From Macrostomum lignano (lineage: Eukaryota), in NCBI GenBank assembly GCA_002269645.1, contig NIVC01002402.1, positions 56,132 through 120,131 on the forward strand: a stretch of 64,000 bases of DNA, written 5' to 3'. Below are positions 46,481-56,700 of this stretch, in pieces (position 1 is the stretch's first letter; each line of letters starts with the position of its first letter). Below the pieces are notes generated by a model that saw only the letters and a program-made list of their open reading frames with translations, made no database searches and was not told the DNA's origin. The position numbers were made by a program, and so were the translations under genes.

Positions 46481-47481
46481 TACGAGGGGTGTCCCAAAAG
46501 TCGGTGCACTTTCTTCACTACAGCCTTTTCTGACCGATCAGAAATATTAAGTCTGTTGCAGTTGAAAAGAGAATTATCTGCCCGTTAAAATGACTTTCTG
46601 TTTATTTCTGTATCTGCTGGCATTCTTGAGATATGAGCACTTTTCTGCCCCACCCCCTGTGCTACTTTTACAAATTGCCATAGACCAAAGCTTTGTACCT
46701 GATGCTCGAAACAACGAAACATTCAACGAACCAATAAAACATCCGCAACATGAAAGCTGAGGAAAAAACAGTTAAAAGTTAATCAATATTGTCCTGATGC
46801 TTCTCCACATAGTCACCACTGGGTGCGCTGCACACTTCTGCCATCGGCTGTGCATGTCGTCAATGTCGTCAATCAGCAAAATCTGAGCGCGGCATCTCAT
46901 GAAGGAGAATTTGGCGAGTCAATGCTTCCAGGCTCCCACGACAAGCAAAGATTTGTCCATGCAGCAGCTTCTTCCTCTTTGGAAAGAAGGCAAAGTCAGC
47001 TGTTGACAAATCCGGAAAGTAGGGTGGCAGTGAGAGCAGCACAAAATTTGCCTGCTCGATCGTCTCCTCCATTTTCTTGGCCGTGTGGGACGTGCGTTGT
47101 CGACATGCACAGCCGATGGCAGAAGTGTGCAGCGCACCCAGTGGTGACTATGTGGAGAAGCCTCAGGACAATATTGATTAACTTTTAACTGTTCTTTCCT
47201 CAGCTTTCATGTTGCGGATGTTTTATTGGTTCGTTGAATGTTTCGTTGTTTCGAGCATCAGGTACAAAGCTTTGGTCTATGGCAATTTGTAAAAGTAGCA
47301 CAGGGGGTGGGGCAGAAAAGTTCTCAAATCTCAAGAATGCCAGCAGATACAGAAATAAACAGAAAGTCATTTTAACGAACGGGCAGATAATTCTCTTTTC
47401 AACTTCAACAGACTTTATTTCTGATCGGTCAGAAAATGCTGTAGTGAAGAAAGTGCACCGACTTTTGGGACACCCCTCGTA
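46481..47481 (-). mobile_element. Non-autonomous mariner derivative with ~378-bp inverted arms and a central transposase remnant
   Basis: TA-CGAGGGGTGTCCCAAAAGT termini at both ends; arms 46483-46859 and 47101-47479. The centre encodes HVDNARP...LPPYFPDLSTADFAFFPKRKKLLHG (mariner HDNARPH / PYSPDL motifs). Confidence 0.88.
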
Positions 47482-47585
47482 TGTAGTCTACTGCTTTTGT
47501 TAGGATTTAAGTAGGCGAGTAGCGAATTTTAGTTTTAAATTTTAATACTCTTCCATAAACGGCATCTCATGCGCCCAGTATCAAA

Positions 47586-48044
47586 ATGTCGCTGATCATC
47601 CCGGCCAACTTCAAGCACATCATCCGCATCTCCAACACCAACATTGACGGCAAGGTCATGGCCCGCACAGCCATGACTTCCATCAAGGGTGTCGGCAGGC
47701 GCTACTCGGACCTGGTTGCCAAGCGGGCGGGGATCGGCCGCGACCGTCGGGCCGGCCAGCTGTCCGACGACGAGATTGAGCAGATGGTGACCATCATCAT
47801 GAACCCGCAGCAGTTCAAGATCCCGCACTGGGTTCTGAACAGGCAGAAGGACATCAAGGACATGAAGCACCGGCACGTCATCAGCAACCAGCTGGACACG
47901 AAGCTGCGCGAGGATCTCGAGCGGCTGAAGCGGGTGCGCGCCCACCGCGGCCTGCGCCACTACTGGACCCTGCGAGTGCGCGGCCAGCACACCAAGACCA
48001 CCGGCCGCCGCGGCCGCACCGTCGGTGTGTCCAAGAAGAAGTAG
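47586..48044 (+). CDS. RPS18: 40S ribosomal protein S18 (uS13), intronless CDS, divergent
   Basis: [59 protein letters not shown]. Confidence 0.97.
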   Translation: MSLIIPANFKHIIRISNTNIDGKVMARTAMTSIKGVGRRYSDLVAKRAGIGRDRRAGQLSDDEIEQMVTIIMNPQQFKIPHWVLNRQKDIKDMKHRHVISNQLDTKLREDLERLKRVRAHRGLRHYWTLRVRGQHTKTTGRRGRTVGVSKKK

Positions 48045-48939
48045 ATCCGCCCTCAGAGCTGAGGATGACGCTGGCTTGAGGCTGATGCTAGACTGAACTG
48101 TGAATGCGCGGTGCAGAAAATACACGCAAGTATCCATAGCTGAACTTGATTGGAAAAAAATAACCGAAATTGAACATAATTTATGGCCGCGTTTTTGTCT
48201 TCGTCATTTTATATCCTAATTTGCTTAATAATGTTTACCGAGACGCTCGCGACAATAATTTTTGCTACTGCCAGTCAGTAGTGTAATTAGCAAATGTCTA
48301 TTCTAACTGATATTTTTCTGCACAACCTCTTGCTACTGCTATTGCGACTTAAAGTGCATCAGTGAAAGAGATTTGAGCCATTCTTTAGTTAGGGAAAAGT
48401 GAGGACCTGCACTGGGAGAGCGCATGCTTGTTTAACGACTTGTAACAGTTGCAGGGTGATGCTTGGCCTCTGTGAAAATTTGCACGGCCCGTGACAGAAT
48501 GGGGTTGACACTTGTCAGTTATTGTCTGGCATTCCGAACAAAAGAGTTTGGCCTGCTTTTCTTCCGCTGCAGCCAGGTAGTTTACAGCCGCTAAGTGTGA
48601 GCATGTGAGCTGTTTGCTTTGTAGGTTGAAGGCGTTGGCAATACGCACGAGTAGAATTCACTTGACTGAGAAGCCTGGCAGGCTATAATTATCTGCAATA
48701 CATGTAGAGCTAATGGGATTAGCCATCGACATAAGAGGATAGATGCCATCCTAATGCCCTGATCAAACTGACTGCAATGGATAACTTGTTGGACCAGTTG
48801 ACTAGCAACGCTCAGACATCCCCATCCAGGTCTCTCTGGGCTCAAAATAGAAGTTCATGTCTACAAATAAGACTAGAAATAGAACCTAAAGCTAAGGCAG
48901 AACCTCTTAGAATTACGAGTACACGATTGAATAGAATCG

Positions 48940-49460
48940 CAAGGATCTCATGACCGGACAGAATCACATGGACCTTATGACCTCACAGAATCACAATGAC
49001 CTCACAGAATCTCAAGGACCTCACGACCGGGCTGAATCACAATGACCTCACAGAATCGCAATGACCTCACGACCGGACAGAATCGCAAGGACCTCACGAC
49101 CAGACAGAATCACAATGACCTCACAGAATCGCAATGACCTCACGACCGGACAGAATCGCAAGGACCTCACGACCAGACAGAATCACAAGGACCTCACGAC
49201 CAGACAGAATCACAAGAACCTCACGACCGGGCTGAATCACAATGAACCTCACAGAATCGCAATGACCTCACGACCGGAAAGAATCGCAAGGACCTCACGA
49301 CCAGACAGAATCGCAAGGACCTCACGACCAGACAGAATCACAAGGACCTCACGACCGGGCTGAATCACAATGACCTCACAGAGTTGCAATGACCTCCCGA
49401 CCAGACAGAATCACAAGGACCTCACGACCGGGCTGAATCACAATGACCTCACAGAATCGC
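48940..49460 (+). repeat. Compound minisatellite (CACAGAATCGCAATGACCT / CTCACGACCAGACAGAATCACAAGGAC units)
   Basis: Direct inspection. Confidence 0.9.
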
Positions 49461-50736
49461 AAGGAGCTATCGCAAGAACTATGAAATTGTGTGGGAACAA
49501 TTATTTTTCGAATTCCATAGAGTTGGATCGTTAAATCAGGCTCATACACGTACGTAATTGAATGGTTGAGTTCTGTGTGAGATGTAAACAGTACGTGTAT
49601 TCTAGAGTTGAATCAAGTTAGACTTTCTGCAATGCTGTGTTGTTATACCGTTGGTCTACTATGGCAGGGAAGAGGAGAATGCCTCTGACGCGGTTATTTC
49701 CATTACTCAGGCTATGCAGTACTCGTAGATGGGGCTAGTTAAATTTCCCTGTTTGATATGGGGATCCCATTCTTCCTCTATTATTGATGGCCAGACGCTG
49801 GGAGAGTGGCGTGAAAGAAAATTAAGTGCGTGTTGCTGGAGGTGGCTGCGCCTGGCAATTGAGCTGCTGTCACTATGGGATTGTTGAAGCTGAATTTCCT
49901 CTCTCAATGCTTTCAATGAATACCGCAACTCAAAGCCTTCAAGGCAAACTTCAACAATTGTTAGAGAGCTGTATGGGGAGAGGTCCTCAGCTTACAGTGG
50001 CTTGTCAGCCGCTGCAGTCACTCAGTTGCCAGTGCGAGTGATGCCATGGATCTGATCTGGAGTCACCGTACGGTTTTGGTTACCATCAGTTTGGGCCCTG
50101 TGCCCAGGGCAGATATTGATTGGAGAGTTGACAATGGACAATTGCCACATCTGTTGCTTTTGGCAATACTTTTCCGCCAATATTTTATTGCAGCCTAATC
50201 CACAAATGCACACGTTATGCGACTTTAATGCCTCATCCTCAGCGGCGATGATTGGACAAAGTCGCCCCCCCCCTACTGGGCCGGGAGCAGGTGGAGGCAG
50301 TATTAAGGGAATATTGGTGCGCAGAACCTTGGTCACGCTCGCAGAAGCAAAGAGGCAGCGTCTCTATTTCCTGTTGTTCTCAAACAGTTTTCTCTCTCAC
50401 ATCTGGAGCGCGATATTCTCAGCGGGAGGTCCCCCGAGTTGGCCTTGGCTTAGCCGTTAAACACACACAAGCATAGTCTGTCCTGCGCTGCCGCTCGCTG
50501 AGAACCGAAGTCTTATTGCAGCTGTTCCTAGCTCTGACCCGCTGCTCTGTCAACTCACTGACCCTGCAGCTGTGTGCTCTGCGCATCTGTCTGTGTCTTC
50601 ATTCTCCTGTCAGTTATGTTTAAAATATTATAATCACCCCCACACCGAGCGCCTTTGCAGCCTGGGGAGTCCGTCAAATATTATTTATTACCTGCGGCCT
50701 GTCAGTCGGCCCGAGCCCTGAGGTCTGCAGCTGCCA

Positions 50737-53700
50737 ATGACCGGGCTGGCAGCTGCGCAGTGGGACGCCCGGCGCAACCCTTTGAGGTCGGGCCCGGCCG
50801 GTTCGTCTGGCAACGCTTCTACGGAGATCCAGGTGAGGCCCCCCCCAGGTGAGACGTCCGTAGACGGATGAAGACATCCGTAGTCCGTAGACGTCTCACC
50901 TGGACGTTTGAACTGCAAATTAAGCCAGCACGTGTTTTTGTTAAAGAGTTACTCGCAAGTGTCTCAAGAAAAATGGTAAAAAATTCTACCAGAGACCGAC
51001 AAGCAACCAGTTTCAGTTGTTCTCCATCGTTTAATGTATTTTGGCTGTGGTAAAACTAAAGCAACTCTCTGCTTCCAAACCTGTTCAGTTTTCGATTGAT
51101 ATTGTCGATTTGCTTTTAGAAAATCTGCACCAGCCCTTTGACTCTAACCAGCGCAGTTAACCGTTGCCGCCTGTGCACCACCGCAGGGTCACCTGGCCTG
51201 GCTCAACTCCAGCCTGTCGCAGCTGGGCTCCTCCAGCTCGGCTGGCCAGTCGCGCCGGCCTCAGTCGATCAGCCTGCAGTCCGCTGTGGCTGACGGCCTG
51301 TCGCTGCCTCTGGTTGTTGAGAAGCTGCGTAAGTGACGCTCTGGTTTAAACTCAATGCATGCCAATGCATGGCTTGTCAGTTGTTGAATTAGTCCTTAGG
51401 CACATGGTTCGTATATTACCAGTTAGCTAGTCACCTGCAGCTAGCGAAGAGGCAAGCAGGAATTCCCATTCCACTGACCACTGAGCGCGATTGCGCCCTC
51501 ATCGGGTTGTCGCTCATCGAAGGGAGGTCGTGCAACAAGCTTTTGATGCAGGAGTCCCAAAATCTCTGGTGCGAGAGGGTCAGATGCGTTAACCTCTGAG
51601 CTGCTCTGCCTCCTTCATCCCCCAGTCGATCAGCCAATCGATGGTCTCAATCGGTCGCCGGGGACTCGAGCTGCTCGACTAGCGAACCTGGACCTGTGCG
51701 TGACTCACCTGTGCCGAATGGGCGCCACTCAGCCCAGCAGCAGCGCGTCAGGTGAGACGGCGGTTTGCACGATGCTTTTCATGGAGCCACTTCACTGTCC
51801 CCAGTCACATCCGGCTTCACAACCTTAACCACATCCGGCTTCACGAGCCCAATCACATACGGCTTCACAAACCCAGTCACATCCGGCTTCACAACCCCCA
51901 ATCACATCCGGCTTCATAACCCCAATTACATCCGGCTTCACAACCCCCAATCACATCCGGCTTCACAAACCCAGTCACATCCGGCTTCACAACCCCCAAT
52001 CACATCCGGCTTCACAAACCCAGTCACATCCGGCTTCACAACCCCCAATTACATCCGGCTTCACAAACCCAGTCACATCCGGCTTCACAACCCCCAATCA
52101 CATCCGGCTTCACAAACCCAATCATATCCGGCTTCATAACCCCCAATTACATCCGGCTTCACAACCCCCAATCACATCCGGCTTCACAAACCCAATCACA
52201 TCCGGCTTCACAAACCCAATCATATCCGGCTTCATAACCCCCAATTACATCCGGCTTCACAACCCCCAATCACATCCGGCTTCACAAACCCAGTCACATC
52301 CGGCTTCACAACCCCCAATCACATCCGGCTTCATAACCCCCAATCACATCCGGCTTCACAAACCCAGTCAAATCCGGCTTCACAACCCCCAATCACATCC
52401 GGCTTCACAACCCCCAATCACATCCGGCTTCATAACCCCCAATCACATCCGGCTTCACAACCCCCAATCACATTCGGCTTCACAACCCCCAATCATATCC
52501 GGCTTCACAAATCCAGTCACATCCGGCTCCACAACCCCCAATCACATCCGGCTTCAAAACCACCAGTCACATCCGGCTTCACAACCCCAGTGACATCCGT
52601 CTTCACAAATTAAAAATGAAATTTAGCTCAACAATACAAAAAGTTCACTAACAATTTTATTTTTTCAAACAATTCTAAACACGATGGTGACAATTTAGTC
52701 AGCAAAATATGGGTAGTTTTTGAGTCATTTATTGTTATCAATATTTTTATTTATTAAATTACCGCCCCACAATAAAAACATCCCATCGGCAGAGATCATG
52801 TCGGGCTCGCTCTATCAGACCCTCAACCTGGTCCGCTGGGTCCGAAGCTTCTGCGACGCCAGGGCCGCCGCCGCCGCCGCCGCGGCCGTAAGCGGGGGAT
52901 GCTGGGGGCTGGGAAACTAAATATGTGAGCTGGCACCAGAGTCTCAATTCACTCAAGCCACCTGTATGCTGCAGGCTCGGGTTCAATCGAGGTCAACCGT
53001 TCAGCAGACCAAGCAGCAGCATCAGAGACAGCAGCAGCAGAAGCAGCCGCAAAAGCAACAGCAGGAGCAGCAGCGGCTGCCAATCACCAAGCAGCCGCTG
53101 GCGCCTGGAAAGTCGGCCTCTTCTGGACCGCTGACCCGAATTGACCCCGTCTACAGCCAGCAGCGACTGGAGGATGGCGGTGCGAAGATTCTTTGTATTT
53201 GATCCGCGGTGGGGAGGCTAGGGACGTTAGTTAAAGAGGCGGGATGGGAGAGAGGCGGGATGGGAGAGAGGCGGGATGGGAGAGGGGCGGGGATGGGAGA
53301 GAGGCGGGATAGGAGAAGGGGCGGGATGGGAGAGAGGCGGGATGCGAGAGAGGCGGGATGGGAGAGGGGCGGGGATGGGAGAGAGGCGGGATGGGAGAGA
53401 GGCGGGATGCGAGAGAGGCGGGATGGGAGAGGGGCGGGGATGGGAGAGAGGCGGGATGGGAGAGAGGCGGGATGGGAGAGAGGCGGGATAAGAGAAGGGG
53501 CGGGATGGGAGAGAGGCGGGATAGGAGCAGGGGCGGGATGGGAGAGAGGCGGAAGAGAGGCCGGATGGGAGAGAGGCGGGATGGGAGAGAGGCGGGATGG
53601 GAGAGATGCGGGATGGGAGAGATGTGGGATGGGAGAGAGGCGGGATGGGAGAGAGGCGGGATGGGAGAGAGGCGGGATGGGAGAGGGGCGGGGATGGGAG

Positions 53701-56700
53701 AGAGGCGGGATAGGAGAAGGGCGGGATGGGAGAGAGGCGGGATGCGAGAGAGGCGGGATGGGAGAGAGGCGGGATGGGAGAGAGGCGGGATGGGAGAGAG
53801 GCGGGATGGGAGAGATGCGGGATGGGAGAGATGTGGGATGGGAGAGAGGCGGGATGGGACGAGACTTTCACATTAAGTTTTGAGACAAATTCCCCAGCAG
53901 ACACGCGTTGCAAAGTTAATTTGGGCAGTAACTTGCTTTCATTTTCAGTGAATGTTTCGCCGGCAAGCAAAACTAGTCAAGTTCGTCTCATCACTGTTGT
54001 AAGTCTAAAAAGATCTTGCATCGGAAACAATAATTTAAGCACCGTGAGTCCCCGTGTCTATACATAATCAAGGGTGCCATCTCTCTCATTTGCAGCAGTC
54101 AGCCAAGCCCCAGGCGCGCACTTCGACCTCTGATGCTCGACAGCAGGCCCTCATAGCGCCTGCGGAATCGTCTGTCACCGTCACGGAGGATGATCTCCGC
54201 GGCGCTTCACGGACGGTAGGGGATTTCAACAAAGAAAATTAGTGAATTGAAAATTTTGTCCATTAAATATGCATTTTCGGAACGCTTTATGTTCATATTT
54301 CTACTGTTCGTAGCTGAAAACGGGAATTCTAGAATTTTCCAGAAAGGCTATTCTAAAAATAGCACAGCGAAGCAGAGGGCCAACGTGTGACGGCGTTGAA
54401 TGGGGAATTCTGGAAATTTCTCGAAGCTGAGCTGCAGTCTATAAAAGCAGGCGGTCCTGCTGGCCCAGGAGCAAGCAGTTCGGATCGCAACCAAAGTAAT
54501 CCAGAAGCATCCAAAGCAAGGCAAGAATTCCTCAGTGAAGCTTGTTTCTCAGCAAAAGCAGTCAAGCTCAGCTCAGTGAAGAAGCATCATGGGCAAGAGG
54601 AGCAACGGACCTGCAATCGGCATCGACCTGGGCACCACGTACTCGTGCGTGGGCGTGTTCCAGGCAGGCAAAGTGGAGATCATCGCTAATGACCAGGGCA
54701 ACCGAACCACGCCCAGCTACGTGGCCTTCACGGACACGGAGAGGCTGGTGGGCGACGCGGCAAAGAACCAGGTGGCGATGAACCCGGAGAACACGGTGTT
54801 CGACGCCAAGAGACTCATCGGGAGGAAGTTCAGCGACGAGACGGTGCAGCGGGACATGAAGCTGTGGCCGTTCAAAGTGGCGAACGACGGTGGGCGGCCG
54901 AAGATTGAGGTTCAGTACATGGGTGAGAGGCGGAGCTTCTACCCGGAGGAGATCTCGGCCATGGTGCTGACCAAGATGAAGGAGACGGCGGAGGCGTACC
55001 TCGGCGAGAAGGTGACTGACGCGGTGATCACGGTGCCGGCCTACTTCAACGACAGCCAGCGGCAGGCGACGAAGGACGCTGGCGCGATCGCCGGGCTGAA
55101 TGTGCTGCGGATTGTGAACGAGCCGACGGCGGCTGCCCTGGCCTACGGGCTGGACAAGAGCCTGGACGGCGAGAAGAACATTCTGATCTTCGACCTGGGA
55201 GGCGGCACATTCGACGTGTCCATCCTGACGGTGTCGGAGGCAGCATGTTCGAGGTGCGATCGACGGCCGGTGACACTCATTTGGGCGGCGAAGACTTTGA
55301 CAACCGGCTGGTGGAGCACCTGATCCAGGAGTTCAAGCGCAAGTACCGCAAGGACATGAGCGGCAACGCCCGAGCAGTGAGGCGGCTGCGCACAGCGGCT
55401 GAGCGAGCGAAGTGAACTCTGAGCAGCTCAGCACAGGCGAGCATCGAGATCGACTCGCTGTTCGAGGGCATCGACTTTTACACCAGCGTGACCAGGGCTC
55501 GGTTCGAGGAGCTGTGCGCTGACCTCTTCCGTCAGACGATGGAGCCGGTGGAGCGAGCACTGAGGGACGCCAAGATGGACAAGAGCAGCATCAGCGAGAT
55601 TGTGCTGGTCGGCGGATCGACGAGGATCCCGAAGGTGCAGAAGCTGCTGCAGGAGTTCATGGGCGGCCGGACGCTGAACAAGTCGATCAACCCGGATGAG
55701 GCGGTCGCGTACGGAGCCGCGGTGCAGGCGGCGGTGCTGACCGGTGTGAAAGACGAGAAGATCGAAGACCTGCTGCTGCTTGACATGGCTCCGCTGTCGC
55801 TGGGCATCGAGACTGCCGGCGGCGTGATGACCAAGATCGTGGAGAGGAACAGCCGCATCCCGACCAAGGCGACGCAGACGTTCACCACGTACTCGGACAA
55901 CCAGAGCGGCGTCACGGTGCAGGTGTTTGAGGGCGAGCGGGCGCTAACCAGGGACAACCACCTGCTGGGCCGGTTCAACCTGGACGGCATCCCGCCAGCG
56001 CCGCGCGGAGTCCCGCAGATCGAGGTGACCTTCGACGTAGATGCCAACGGAATCCTGGTGGTGTCGGCGAAGGACAAGAGCACCAGCAAGGAGGAGAAGA
56101 TCACGATCACGAACGACAAGGGTCGCCTGTCGAAGGACGAGATCGAGCGGATGGTGCGGGACGCGGAGAAGTTCCGCGAGGAGGACGAGCGGCACCGCGA
56201 GCGCCTGGCGGCCCGCAACCAGCTGGAATCGCTCGCCTTCCAGTACAAGCAGGCGGCCAACGACTGCAAGGACCGGCTGGGCGAGAAGGAGGCCGGCGAG
56301 GTGACCGCCGCTTGCGACCGCGTCATCTCCTGGCTGGAGAACAACCAGACGGCCGACAAGGACGAGATCGCCGAACAGCAGCGGCAGCTGAGCAGCCTGT
56401 GCTCGCCTCTCATGGCCAAGCTGCATCAGCAGCAGCAGTCGCCTCCGCAGGATCCGCAGCGAGCGGGACGAGCGGGCGGACCCACCGTCGAGGAGGTCGA
56501 CTGAGCTGCCGTCGCTGCCCAAATTAGGATGACTTGAGCTCTGAAGTGCACCGATCAGCACTGAATTTCATAACTGTTTTCTCTGCTTTTGACTGATTTT
56601 TACTTCTGTATTGCGTCTTGTAGTGCAATTAATATGCAGAATCATTTTTCATATGGCCTTGCCTGCTAAATTGAATGCTTTTCCCATTGCCTCTTCTTTC

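Noticed and set aside
49707-50460. Possible degenerate retroelement coding sequence
   Set aside because: Short ORFs without diagnostic RT, RNase H or integrase motifs.
51187-52887. EB1/MAPRE orthologue
   Set aside because: It resembles the EB1 CH domain superficially, but the DG-L-L, N-D-C and EI-SG motifs fit NAV/DIXDC1-type CH better, and no EBH coiled coil or EEY tail is seen.
55413-55415. TGA as selenocysteine in HSP70
   Set aside because: The position is a conserved Arg, not Cys; HSP70s are not known selenoproteins; no SECIS was recognised.
55046-56561. Antisense ORFs over HSP70, and similar ones over GSR, RPS18 and the MARCH-like gene
   Set aside because: Expected shadows of GC-rich coding sequence with biased codon use.
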